Under the pieces are notes generated by a model, which saw only the letters and a program-made list of their open reading frames with translations, searched no databases and was not told where the DNA came from. DNA of 64,000 nt from Tubulanus polymorphus. Lineage: Eukaryota > Animalia > Nemertea. This document shows positions 24,840-39,414 of this stretch, one piece after another (position 1 is the stretch's first letter; every line of letters starts with the position of its first letter). The stretch spans positions 24,470,299-24,534,298 of the forward strand of contig NC_134025.1 of the NCBI RefSeq assembly GCF_964204645.1, in the 5' to 3' direction. A program made the translations under genes and the position numbers.

Positions 24840-26637
24840 TTTGTAGCACTGAATTTGAAAAACTTCTAAAATTCAGAACCCGGAAATACAAGATAACTTC
24901 CGCGTATTCAGTGCAATACGGCATAGCCTCATACATAGAACACGGATACGGACCGACAGGGAGTATACAATGCGGATGTGGACTATTTAAAGGATCCGCG
25001 ACGACGGGAGGTGACGGAACGAAAATGGAGAGTCGAGTGGACATTCCATTTTCAAGTTGCCGGAATCGCATGGAATCAGATTTGAAAAACAGAAATCTAG
25101 AATTGAGATTTTCACTCTTGACACTAGTGTTTTCTGGTGCCGGTACGTTTCCAGAGACGTGCCGTAATCGATGGGACAATTTCTGAAAATGAAATATCCA
25201 GAACGCTTCTCGGTGCTTAACGCATAACAATCTAAATTGTGATATACGATCGAATTAAGTTCCGTTATATCAAACGCAAACTACGAACCTTGGTTCAAAT
25301 CTTTTTTTCAATCAATTCATCTACAAATGCAATTTATTTTCTCCATTTTATGATCTAACGATGATAAATGGGCCGCGATGGTGACAAATGTATTTGTCGT
25401 ATTTGTTTAACAAAATACACGTACTAAAATGAGAGTAACATCCGAACGCGCGTATTCCTAAATCTAGAAACCTGCCGGCCTGCCTCTCCGCACATGGCTG
25501 CCAAATATGTAGCGAGTTATTCTTGTCAGTAGTTTTAAAAAGCAGAAAAATTCACTACTGATAATGATATTACAGGCTCAACAAAATACTAATTTACAAA
25601 CGTGGCTAATGTTGAACGGTGTTTGAATAGTATTCATCAATCACCATTCTGTCTCGGTCGGGATTATTCTATCATTTAGCTAAGATATCTAGACACGAGC
25701 CATTAGATTTTGAAAGGTTACATGATATAATAGAATAATGGGAAAAGGCTGTAGATCAATTAATTTCATCCGCGCATTAAATACCCCCAGAACTCGCGGC
25801 ATAATGACCTGTTGTAATTTGAAGGCACATCGATCATAATGTAGAATATTATTTTTGACAATCTGCACAGAATGAAATTTTCGCAGTGTAAAGACCGGAA
25901 AAATATGTGCGCGCTTGCCTGCCATAACGGGACTATCAATTAATTGACCATTGTCAGTGTTATATTCCGTAAGTAATAGACAGTGATTCACGATTAATAC
26001 GACAAAATGTAACTCCTCGTGTTGCCGCACGCGTTCGGCAAAAGTGCCTTGATTATATTGTATCGTGGCGGCTTTTGAGTTTTGCGTGATGACAACGACA
26101 GCGTGGTTGTCATTAATCAATGCTAAAATCCAGTTGAATTAATGGTTTGTGACGATGATAACAATTTCCCGCAGTTTTTTTAACCGGCAGAATTGATACA
26201 AATTATGAATTAAGTTCATATAATATTTACGTATACATCGAACGCAAGTTACAATGATCAAGTTTTAAAAGATAAGCCTTGGGTTTTTGTCGAGGGCCCA
26301 GTACACTTTTCTGACAGTTCCAACGTATTTCTTTGTTATCTTGTGGGGTATTTGATAATGTTCAGCTTTGATTTTTTTCAACTTTCAAGATGTAGATTAG
26401 AATATTCAGGCTAAATTCCACCGCTCAACACGGATATAAAACCATGGACTATAAAACAATACAGTACGTTATATAGTCCATACATAGATGTAGTCCAGTC
26501 CATTTCGATATACGTAGTCCATGAACTTCATACAGTCCATGATAAGCGAACGAACAAATTACTGGCCATATTACCAGGAAGGGAGGGCCCCCTGTGCATA
26601 TCCGTTTATCTGTAATGTACATATCCGTTTATCTGTA

Positions 26638-26852
<215 letters not shown>

Positions 26853-29800
26853 AAGAGAATACCGAAGAGACATAGATATCTAAATTCATACACTTCGCAT
26901 TTCATCGTCTGTGTCATCCGCAGCTGTGGCGTTTTGGTATCGCGGTGACCGCCGATGTGAATGTCAGGCATATCACTTTACGCGGGAATTATTGACCAAC
27001 ACGAACCGGAGAATCCGTTCGCATCAATTGTACAAATATTAGTCTGTTCGTTGTAGCGTTTACTCGCAACTATCCGGTTTATATCTGTTGTAATCGGACA
27101 AGAAAGTAATTCCTATTACAAACAAAATCACATGTTAACCACAGTATCCGCATTCTACGCGCTGACCGGACCTAATCAGAAATCAAATACCTTCGTAGTT
27201 TGCACAGAAAGTTGTCAGTTTTAAGTTACTTTTACTATGTGTCCATGAAAATATAATCCGCCCTAGCTCTACCTTATGCGCGTACCGCGTACGTGGTTTA
27301 TGTACGCATGCTCCTCACGTGTTAATAATTTTTTAATTAAGTTTCTACCATACAGGGATGTAGCATTCCGTTTTTGAGTGGTCAGACATTTCCAAAAAAT
27401 ATTTGTAAAACGGCAGCTTTGCTGCATGCACGAAGTTAACTGATGGGGAACTTGGGAAAATCTTTCAAAATGTAGATATCGTATATGTAAGTAAAACAAT
27501 GTGACTGCTCTCGTGGACGTTGGAATTTGTAAGCTAATGGAAGCTGTGAAAGGTTGCCTTCAATCTCGGCGGCTGCGCTTTTCATCTACGGCGACGACTG
27601 TGCAATAAATTTAGCTTATTTGAAAATCTCCCTCGGATTTAAAGGCGGGGTACTTTTGAATTCCCCTAATGGCGATAAGTTTGCCATACAAAAATGTTTC
27701 TGAATACATCAATCGCTAGCGGATCGACGAAACGTTTTCGAAGCATCCGAAACTGTCTTTTGATGCGACGATGTTTTCTTAGGCTATTTTAATCGCCTTT
27801 TACGCGCCGTAGATCACAGACATACACCAGGAGAGGAAGGCTTTCTACGGCTCAGAAGAATTTTAGAAGAGATTATCCACGTATTGATGTTCCGTGTCAC
27901 CTGTCGTTGTCGATGTAGAGTAATTCAGTTTTCTTGTTCATCTTGACTTTAATTCCCGAGTGTCTTTCAAATGAGGATAACTTTTATTATTCTATCATGT
28001 GGCTCGAGGAGGACCCCGATACCTATGTTTTTGAATATAGTGATTGTTGGATGAAATGCCAACGGAAAAATGCCACCAGTAAAATGACGATAGGATAAAA
28101 ACTGCCACCAATGATTTTTTTCATCAATTTAAGATAAACAAATGATGGTAATGAAATGCTTCAGCTTATTTTCAGACTTACAGACCTCTTCTATATAGAG
28201 ATTCTATAGACCTTACAGAATATTATCAAGTATAATTTATGAATCTAATAGAAGGAAGTGATAGAAATATCATTTTCATTTGTTCTTAATGAGGGTTTTA
28301 ATGCAGTCCGATGTTAATGCAATGCTGTTTTTGCAATTTATTCATTTACTCAATTTTCCATGATAACAAGTAGATGTATCATGATTACTACTGCAGAGAA
28401 ATATATATCAGTTTTCAAATCGGAGATAGAATAACGCCGAAAACATTTGCCATCTTTTACATTTTAAACACATCGCTATTTAGCCTACATTTAGAATGAA
28501 TTTCTCTTACAAATTATACCTTCCGATGCGCGCCCTCCATGCGCTGTCGAAACGCTGTGTGGAATAGTTTAATAAAGACGGTCCTCTAAGTAGCAAATCT
28601 CTTGATTTCCTGCCAGTGTCAACTGATATCACGTACAATGCTGAAATTGACTGAAGAATATGCATAGGCATATTCCCGAGCAGTTTACATAACGATGCCT
28701 TATTTGCCTTCTAGCCACCACGTCGTTATTGCCGAAAGAACAATGGCTAGGATTTGTTGGTGGTTTATGGATGCACTATATGGATCCAATTGTTGTCCAT
28801 AGTCTTAGAACGCTATTATTCAGCCACAAGGACGAGTTTCACAATTGTGATTTTGATTTTTTTCCCCCCATTGTACAACACTTATCGGAAATTCCTTATT
28901 CGTTTTATCATTAGTCCCTTACCAGTTGACGCTTCTCTCAAAACGACAGGCCAAGTAAATTGAGCTTTTTAAAAGTTGCAGTAGCACATCTGAAAATTGA
29001 TAGTATATAATATATGTATACCTGGATTTCACCTCGTTCCCATAAGAAATGTCTAATTAAACCCAAATAACAATTCTCTTCGGTAAACAATTTTAGCGGG
29101 ACATTAAATTAAACATCGTAAGATGGAACAAGCGGCAATTACACAGGATCAAGTGCGCGTTTAATTGGTTGCATTGGGACTCAACAACACATGTCCGCCG
29201 GGGAACGCGAATCAACATGCCATGTCAACGAGCACTCCTAGTAATGCGAAAAATTAACGTTCCTCCTCCAAGAACCCGTTCAAGAGACTCTAGATCATGC
29301 CGTGAGTTGGATCATACCGACCGGTGAAAAATTTACCAGAGCCTGGCGTCGTTTCTTCAAGAGGTACTAGATGCATAGTAATTTATTGTTCCACGGCGCT
29401 GTAATGCTATTGGTGATGAAATGTTTGCTGTAAGGATTAAAAATATTTTGACCGAATTCTTCTAATTTTGGGAGCGGATAGGCTGTAATGCAAAAATTGA
29501 TGTATATTCCGGTTTTTGAGCGGTGGATTGTCAGATTTCACCATACCGTTGCAAAAAGGTATTTTACATGAAAATGTCGATAAGGTTGTCCACAGAATTC
29601 TCGTATACACCGGCAAAAATTCGCGGGCGACACAGTATCGGCGGTTGAAATAACAATTAACTCGACAAACATCGAAGACATTCTATCCATATCTGGAAGG
29701 GCGCGAGCAATGTGTACCACGATTAATTATTAACTTAACCATCACCAGTTTCCATCTTGGTATAATTGCAAGAACACCGCTAAACAAAGAACGCTCGGCC

Positions 29801-32753
29801 TCGAATAATGGTAACGTATCGATTGCGGCAATGAACGCCAACTGATCAAATCGTGCTAAGACACGTAAAGAACACAAAGTTTTGATTGCACAGTCGGTTC
29901 CACGGGTTCTTATAGATTGTCGTCGTCATGTCTTCTTGAAACCTATAACGAAGCTACACTTAACATTACTAATTAATAACGAGTCTGGACCGATTGTACT
30001 TCGCTTGATGATTCGTTTCAACAAATTCTAGTTAGACCCTTTTCCACAGTTGGAAGTTCTATTCAATCTTACATTGTAACTTTAATCTTATTAAACCTTT
30101 ACTCTTAACTCTTCCTCTTCTTTTTTAAACTTTGGTTTATCTCAAGTCAATTATTATCTGCCGTGGAACTGATCCATATGGGGAAACAGTAGATTAGTTC
30201 ATGGCTTTTGCGAAGGAATTACAAAACAACGGTTACTAGACTAATGGTATCCTGGAAACTCCGTACGCGATTCTTCCAAATGCTGTAATCTACTTGATAT
30301 TTAAAAAAGATCTACGCCTGGAGATCTACGTCTAGCATCCAACCTCCGATGTAATCTACTGATCATACGTTCCAAATAGAAACTTGTAGATGGAATAATG
30401 TGGAACGTGAAGAAAGATAAGGTAATAATGACGAACGAAAGTTTCGTCAAATACAAATCACCCATGCAAACAAGACATAGTGATGAACTATATGTAACGT
30501 AATCTGTGAAATTTTCCAAGTGAAATGATGGAACTTTTAACTTGATTCTCCGTGTCGTTTCTAATATTGTGTCTAAATGTCAACATCCATCTATGTTAAT
30601 GTATATATCTGAATTCATTGCATTAAAAACTCAATCTGTACACTGTATTTTCATCTAACAGTTGATAAAACAATGCTATTTCTATCTCTGGCATTATTAC
30701 CTGGATTCCATAATGATATGCACTGTTACTAAAATAATCAAACCGGCTGAGTGTTTGTGAATGACACACCGAGTTGCTAATTATCGAGAAGAAACGTTTT
30801 TCGTTTTAAAGTGACAATTGCCGAAACTGCAATTTTGCAACACCGCAATATCAATCACAACTGAATTGCTCATTATCTTTCACGTTTCAATTGGTACTTT
30901 TATGACATATTTTCAGTAGTACATTACACCTTTCAATTTACAAATGCGTTGTATAGAAACTGTAAAACAATTTTCCTTATGTAATACCCGGAAAAGGACA
31001 TTTAATCCGGGGAATCAGTTTACTGGCGGAGTGAAGATTCTTTACAAAACTCGAGATTAAAATCAATGAAATACCGTCACGTTGACTTCATGATTTCTCG
31101 AGTTACTACACTTAACCGGCTGACCAGAAGATCGTTAGGATATGTAACATATATGTACATGCTATGATTCTATCTGCCATATATATGGTTAATATGTATA
31201 AATGGGTATCGCGCTGAATAAACATTGTATTATCTGAGATTTAAGAAATTCATGTTGTTTAATTCTGTTTCCAATGGTAATGTACTGCGTGATTATGAAA
31301 ATATAGCTGAGGTTCTATATACGTGACACTCTTACAGCGAGCTAGGCCATAAACATTGCGACATTTTTAAATAGATTACGAAATCTAATAAACCCTACGA
31401 CCAGCTCCCCATTTCATTAACGATATACTGTGAGACAATATTGCCAACGACCTTCCTTTTACGAAGCCAGTACAGCAATTATTGGTTATAACATTGGGGA
31501 ATAAATCATAAATTGTCTTTGTGCATTCCTGCAGGTGCGCCACGGATACCAACATATCCGCCCCGAACCAATCTGAATTAATTACTAACTACAACCATTT
31601 CCGGAGAATAATACTTCAGTCGCAATTGATATACGGCAATGTCATTAACATGAGACCCATCTACGGTTATCAGGATCTTGTGAAAACAAAATGTCCATTA
31701 GGCTTGTAACTAGATGGGCAGATAATGGCTGAGCGGTGCTTTAATCAATATTCCAGCGAAGTTATTATTTTTCATACTTGGGATATAAATTTCACGGTGT
31801 CATCCGACATACGCAACAAACCAAAATTACTTCCGGTGGCTCGTCGTTCTAGCAGAACTATGCGGATGGCTTGCTGTCAGACGTTCTTTTTAGAATGAAA
31901 AATTGTTACATCAGCTTTCACGAGTTACACCCATATTCTCAATTACACTCCGTATCTTTCTACGCAGAGTTTAGAATTACTTAACATTATTACTTCTTTT
32001 GAAAAGGGATATTTCCCTCGGAAATTTGTATGTATTTTAAGGGCCGTTTTCCAGATATTTTGGAAATTCTGTAACATTATCCTATGTTAACTTAAAAGCT
32101 CACGTTCACAGAATAACGTGTAAGTCATTGACAATTCTGGACCAATATGCATTCTACAAATTGACGATAAAAGCACAAAATCTAAGAAAAAGATGGTAAA
32201 TCATTGTCGAGTTGCTCTTTGACTATAGCGAACATTATTGTGGTATTTCAAAGTATCGGCATCTATACATATAGATTGTACGGTATCCCCAGAGACCTCA
32301 AATAGACCCTGCATTGTTGAAACACATATGTGCCGCAAAATATACCGCAACGTGGATATTCCTGTCAGCGATTCACATTTGCAAACGAGATCGTTATTTC
32401 CATTTCTTTATAATGAATTATGTGCGAATATGAGCTCGTGCCCATTGCTTTCCGGCGTGGAAGTCAGTTAATGCAAGGAAAAGCCAAAGTCAATATAGTA
32501 TCGGGTAACACCGGTGACATGTCCTGTCAGACTACAAACTGTTTCCAAACAAAGACGTTGACCGTTGACATTGTCGATGTTAAAACGCAGTAACCACATT
32601 GAAGTTTCAGTCTTTTGCAGTTGAGGAATCCGACATAATACACTTAATATTGAACGGACCGTCTTTAAGTCATAATATAGATCGCGTCATTCCATCGTGT
32701 GCAGTAGTCGCGAGGAAATTATTACAAATTCTTCCATTACAAAGTACCATTCT

Positions 32754-32900
32754 CAGGGGCGGATCCAGGGACCACTGTTGAGGGTAGCACAACTAAAAAG
32801 GACATAATCCACGACAAACGAGGGGATCTGAGGGTTCTTCTCAGAAAAGTTTAGCAAATCTACTGTGTTTTGATGTTGCAATTTCCAAGCAATTAATGAA
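32754..32900 (+). mobile_element. Left-end fragment of the CAGGGGCGGATCCAGGG MITE family
   Basis: Same terminus as at 1187; right boundary approximate. Confidence 0.5.
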
Positions 32901-34124
32901 GTCCTGATGCAAATTGCTTCCTAGAGAATGATTATTTTGCATTGATATTGCCACGCAATAAAGATGAAATCCTGAAGTATGGTGTGCCTTTTTGTTAAAA
33001 AGTTGTCTCGTCTTGTAAAAATGCGCCACTTTCTACTTTTGGGATTGATAGGGACGGCTGCACTAGACTTTCAGCAACTGAGGCCAACTTGTTATACATG
33101 ATCTGCTGCCAGTTGCATCTCCGCTCGACCATCGACAACTGAATCGACTGGAGATCGTCACATGACCAATTAATATGGCCTGGCGATATCGAACAAAGGA
33201 TCATTTCTATCGTCATTGATTTTGGTCGAAGCGGAGAAGCAACAGCGGGAGATCGTACACAGCACAACGAGTTGTTTGGAAATCAAGCGGGCTCAACATC
33301 AATTGGCCACGCTCGCGTTTCTCCCTTGCGACGGTGTCGCTGCCCAACAAGCAAGACCGCATCGATGACATTGAATGTAATTTGAACCTACTTCAGATTT
33401 CATAGTCATTTATGGGAACTGACACGCTTTCCTATCATATAAATTAGAAGAATTTGTCATTTTTCACTGGATCAAACTGTTTTCGATGGCTTAACATTGA
33501 AATTCAAAACAGTTATCGCATATTCATGCATGCCAGCATGTATCTCATTGAAATGTTTGGAATAAGCGCGCTGACCCGTTGACTGGTTGTTTTCGATATA
33601 ATCCGAAAGCTAGCCGTTGTGACAAACTCGCAGCAGCTGTTTTCGGTGTCATGCTGTACTAAAGCTGAAAAGAAGTTATCATTGCGATCATCAGTGCAAG
33701 CTGACGTCCATCAGCCAGAACAATAAGTCGCTGTTTTGGAATTCAGACATGTATGAAAGTGGTCTATTGTGATTGAATACGGTGCCCCACGTGTGGCTGT
33801 ATGATGTGACAATTTAATAAATCAAATGTCCGATACGCGAGTGGTAGACTGATTAAAAGTCATTAGAATCAGCTGAGTTTCAGTTGAAAGTAAGAAACGT
33901 AATGGTTTCAACTAAAATCACCATCTGCAAGTATCGATCCTGCTCTCATAGTCTCATATATACATATGTAGGTACGAAAAAACATTCTTTTGTATATATA
34001 CATATGTATATATACAAAAGAATGTTTTTTGTACCTAACAAAATCTAAAAGTGAGAATGTCCGCGAAATGTATTCGAAATGCGGTGCAATGTTATACAAA
34101 AATCTCTATGCACGGAATAAATTT

Positions 34125-34245
34125 ATAGATGTGCCAAGCAAAGCCTAAAGGCTGCAGCCTTGCGCAGTCGCCTAAAACACGGACAAGTGTAGTGGGTTAT
34201 CGTTTCCCTACTTTTCCGTGAAATAAACATTGAATTGAATTGATT
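34125..34245 (+). mobile_element. Probable 3' end of a SINE or LINE
   Basis: GC-richer body ending in AATAAAC followed by an (ATTGA)3 tail. Confidence 0.4.
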
Positions 34246-37079
34246 CATGGTTTACAGACACAGTGACCAGGGACGAATCTCCAATTTAACAATAAACGGC
34301 AATTCAACCGATTGCTGAATGACTGACAGTGATTTATAGAACTGTTTTGGACGATGAAATGACTCCTACTTGATGTAAATCCATTAACCCTAATAGCTTA
34401 GTTTCTCTTGATGGTCGCCCCATTGCCATATAATGTTACCCTCGGCGATAATACCAATTATTATACCTCTCTATGATTTCAGCGGCTTGTAATCTACACG
34501 GAAATAACCATGGTTAAATAAGGCTAGAGGCTATTATGCAGGAAAATCTGCAAATATTCCATATGCAGCTGCCGGAATGCAAAAGGCAATAAATGATTAA
34601 CAACTCCTGGTTCAATAATGATTGTCTCTTGGTGGTGATTCGAGTCATCGGCAATGACAATATCTCGATTGAATGGAAACGCAAATCATTACGCGCGCGT
34701 CGAAATTGATATAGACTTTAATATAAACCAGGGAAAAATATACCATCTAATAGCGAACACAATGCACTAAAGCGATAATTCCGCATATTTTTATGATTTC
34801 TGAAAGAGCGCCGTCTATAGTGTTTCACCCGTAAATTCATCGCGAATGCTCCACTGATTACAAACAATTATAATTCCTCATCATCGGAGACGATTTTCTA
34901 ATTGTACTTGGCGCAGGCCCAGAAACTGTCGATGCTCTTCCGCTTTGTCGGAGAAGAACGAATCGTATAACGCGCGCGTACAACAGGAAATCTATTTGCC
35001 AAATTAAACGTATTGGATCTGTACCATTATAGACAATATCACAAATGGTTACCATGGGCAATGGGCATAAGATGATATCCGCTTCTTGCGTACATCAAAC
35101 AGCAAATTGGGTTCCGGAGTGACCAACCCCATAGTTGGAGTAACAATGGGAGCATTCCCTTGGTCATTACGCCGGAAACTATTTCACCGTTACAGTTTCT
35201 ATCAAATAACACCGGAAACAACCACCAGTCGTCCCGAGTGGTGAAACTTGCCTCTTGGATCGGGGCCCAGGTCAAGACGTGCAAGGGTTCAATTCAACTT
35301 TTGCAATGATTCACGATTTCAAATATGGAATAATAGTCCGTGGTAACTTTCAACAGCGGAGTTATTGACGACATCTCATCGAGTATCACTGACGCGTAAG
35401 ATATTTTTGTAGCTCATTTTCAGAATTGGATATCACAAATGTAATATCAAAACGTTGTCAACAGCATTGCCACTGCAAGACGTAACCGTTGCCGCCACGA
35501 GATTTGATGTCGGTTATACATTCCTTCATATTGCTCGTTATTCTCGATAAGTGTGTTTGCCAGCCTATTTAATGTCTACAATAAACGCCAGGCTTTCAGT
35601 TCCAGCCACTAATTAATTAATCAAAGCGGATTAATCTAGCCCGTAGCCCGAGGTAAACAATAAGTCGTTGGTAACTAACCTAGCGTGTAAGAATGCAACT
35701 TGAAGGATCGCATCACGTATATACCATTACGTTGTATATTAAAGCTCTTCATGTCACACAGCACGCGAGTTGCTATATTCGAAATTATTAATAACGCCGA
35801 TAAGACGTTTCTTCAACGGTCATAGGCTGTTCGATGAAATTACTCGCAAGCATTCTATGGTGCACTTTATTTAGGCTCTCGCGTAGTTTCTTGGATCATG
35901 GGATCCGCAGTGCATGGGAATGGTTATGACCCAGTGCACTGGGCGGGCGGGGCACTGGGCCAGGAAGAATTAAATGTATCTATCTGCTTGAGTTTATCAG
36001 GATCCAATATCACGACTTGTACTATATTGAATCCCGTTGCACCGAATTACATCCAAACGTAACAATAGGGCGATACCCAACACTTTCACATAACAATATA
36101 TAACGTATTAATTAGAGACAGTGTTGGTGTTATTAATCTAATCGCGATTTTGTGCTCCCGCTAATGGCTTTTAACCGTGCCGTGGCGGTGGTCCTAGAAT
36201 GCATCTTCACAGAATTAAAGCGTGAAAGGTCAGTTTATAAGGTGCATATCATGGTTTAATCTTCGGTTTAATTAATGTTCGATTATTTGCTACGCGTACA
36301 TTTATATCCACAGCGGACTACTCGGTCGACGTAATAATGAACAATATCCGCATTTGGAAAATATCCCCCGCCGCAGGACGCGGATGATCCGGAGTCAGAC
36401 AAAATGGGCCACTCTATATAAATTTTGCAAAATTCCACCGTTCTAACATATATACACACAACTTGCTACAGTGTTCCAGAAAAGATTATTCAAAAGTTTT
36501 AGCAAGTCGATTAAAAAGAGGATTGTAAAAAACCTATGAGAAGGTTCGTATTCATATTCCATAAAATCAAATCTTGCACCAACGTTGTCTTAGCGGATCC
36601 AAACCCATCTAAAAAGATAGTTATATATAGTCAATAGACTTATTTGAATGTTTATTGACGCCTTGAACAAAAAACACATATTATATTGCTTAATATCGAC
36701 AGTGAACAATATAACATTAAGGATCAACAAAGTTATTTTGAATTTGAAATTGAATTGACCGGCAACCAGTCTAACCAGGCTAGTCCAATATCGATGCCGG
36801 GCACATCCACTCACAATTCATTATAAAAGAGACATGGATATTCATTTAACAGAAAATAAGAGTCATGAAATATATCAAATTGCAAATCAAACGCCTAAAT
36901 TCAGACTTGTAATTATCATTTTGTAACGCCAATATTGATGACGTAGTGCACATGGCAGGAACCCCTTAAAAATAACGCATACAAACAGTTATCACGCTAC
37001 CAAAATTCATATGATCGAACATTCGTAAATCCCCAACAATGCTCCCAAAATCGAATGTCGTCCTAAGACATCATAACTG

Positions 37080-39200
37080 ACGATACGGATGTGAGAAATT
37101 AATTCCTGCAATGTATCGCAATACAGCAGTTTTCAGAGCTACTGATGAGCAATTAACGCAACAGCTTTCTCATCTTGCTTGAAAGGACACAATATCAGAA
37201 GCATTCAATGGAAGTAATACTGAAGCTAATCACGCTAATCGTAACATGTTTGCCTAGGCGTGACCGCACATATGTCGCGAAAGAGTGTTCGCAATAGGAA
37301 TTATCAAATGCTTTTAACTCATGGTTGTATCGGTTAATTCACAGCTCATTGTCATATAGAAATTGCCACGATATTGGAATGCAATGCACCGACGCATCAG
37401 ATGATAACAGCAAAATTATTTTTTGTTTTAGTTGTTTGCTTATGGCTAAATTCTATTATCGAAGTCCGGAGAGAACGCGTTCTCTCCGTAAACTTCGAAG
37501 AACACAAATGTATTCCCACGCAATTTAAAGAGCTAAAGGTGCACGCTTTAGAGCGATTCGACTCACGTGACCACTCGAGTACAAAATAATGATGCGTTTT
37601 CATTCATCTTCATGAAAGTCATCAACGTCATTGCGATTGACCATTATCAAAATCCTCATCGTAAATATCACCGATGAAAGCGAATATATGAACACCAACT
37701 GAACGGAACCGAAGCGATGTTCATTAATGTTGCATAATTTCGGGTAATTTGTGGCGTATAAAGACGTGCAAATTATCCGACAAAATGTGGTAACACGGAC
37801 AAAGGAATTTGCGTCTACCTTTTCGTGCGTTCGGGTGCTCATGGAGGAACAATAAGGAGTTACATCAACTTTAACAACAAGCAGCTGTATGTAAATTTAC
37901 GGGCACGTGTCACGCTTTCTGGACGCCATCTCATTATGTCGAGCATTTAGAATTTGGATCAGACTGCCGCTGAGCGTAGGCCACAAAGCCTGATAGTTGA
38001 CTCTTAAACGTGTTTTTAGTGTCCATGGCCTGATTGATCACAATTTTCTTTTTGATTGTAATGACTAGAAGTGATTAGAATTTTATAACCGAGAAAAAAA
38101 CATTTCTGGATTAATGAGTGAGGTAGGTGAAACCGGTTTGAAAGGTTTCACTTTCACGATCGATGCCTTAGTTAATCCTTGCATTATGATTCTTGGTTAC
38201 TCCAACCATTGAAACTTTTGAACAAAATCGGTTAAGAGTCCAACTAACTCTTAACTCCAACTAAAATATATAGGTTCACCTCGCATGACGCTGTTGCAGA
38301 TGTAAGAAAGGCCACGGACTTAAAAAAATGTTTTGAGTGCATGGTTGGACCAGAGTTTGGATCAGGGATCATTCAATCAGACATCCAACTCCCTGGCTGG
38401 AATCCATTTCACACGCGCCTACGTGCGTGAGGTAGATGTATGCGGTATTGTCTCGTGAGTCAGAGCAGGTGTAAATGCGACGAAGGTATTTGTCTTTTGT
38501 TTGGGGCGCGAGTATGACCGTGAGTTCGCGCGTGCAAATATCATCATTCACCATTAAACGTTTTGAGCAAATTGTTACGCTGTAAATTGCCGGTTAATCC
38601 TTCCCTAGGATGGTCAACTTCCTTTGACTTTAGTTTAGCTTAAGTTGGCTATTTCGATTTGTCCTTATGTATGAACGTTGTATGAAAAACAATGTAGTAT
38701 TTTAAAATACTTCGAACTACATAAATCTGCGGTGGTGGTTGTATTCAGAGCGCCGTTTCGTATTCATTTTGAAAAAAATTTATACAATTGCTTTCCGATC
38801 CTTCTTCATTTTCATACAAGCTCCATATCAACAGTTGCGTGTATTTAGCCACCATCTGCGCGCGCGCGCAGTATATTTGACAACTTGAGATGAGAATAGC
38901 TGAAGAATCGTTGGGAATAGCCAGTCGCGTGTCACGCGGTAGGAGGAGTTTCTGTGCACCGGCAGACGTGCCGTGCTCGTGAATTGTCGCGAATTGCGGC
39001 ATGCGATGAAAACAAGACAATAGCTTCATTTGTCATCAATGAGACGCGCGTTGCCATTGGTTCAGACGAGCAGCTGCTAATAGCCAGAAGCCGATATTAA
39101 TATTCCGTCATGTCACATTCGTGCACACGCAGTTTCACTACGAGCATTCACTTTTGAATGCTTTTACGGCTGCGAGTAGCTTCCAATACTGATTTCGCGC
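37080..39200 (+). promoter_or_regulatory. INSM upstream and promoter region with bHLH- and Notch-type motifs
   Basis: TGTGAGAA at 37090-37097, GCAGCTG at 37881-37887, GGCACGTG near 37902-37909, GCAGGTG at 38465-38471, CACGCG/CGCGTG near 38927-38938, GCAGCTGC at 39070-39077. Short motifs, so function is inferred. Confidence 0.4.
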
Positions 39201-39414
39201 GCTGAAACTTAATCGCACTTTAAGTTTGAATACGTTTGTTTTCGAAAGAGACAATGACATTGCATGGATAGAGATGTGTTAACGACTTAGCGTTTTAAGG
39301 GTCCATTTGCAGACAAAGAAAAACAAACGCTAAGGTGAGGACAGAGAGTGAGTCATCTTATTACGTGCATTGCTGGAAAACACTGGTAAGAAGCAACTGT
39401 TCAGACGTCTCAAA

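Noticed and set aside
25025-25142. Possible first exon of a gene divergent from ADPGK (TATTTAAA, ATG, GTACGT donor)
   Set aside because: The peptide is unrecognisable and no convincing downstream exons were found. A non-coding divergent transcript cannot be excluded.
37142-37172. Hammerhead-ribozyme-like CTGATGAG...CGCAACAGCTTTC
   Set aside because: The essential GAAA is GCAA and stems I and II do not pair. At best a dead remnant.
39370-39414. TTG-initiated extension of INSM
   Set aside because: A SNAG motif must be N-terminal; ATG 39415 in CAAAATG context is the start.
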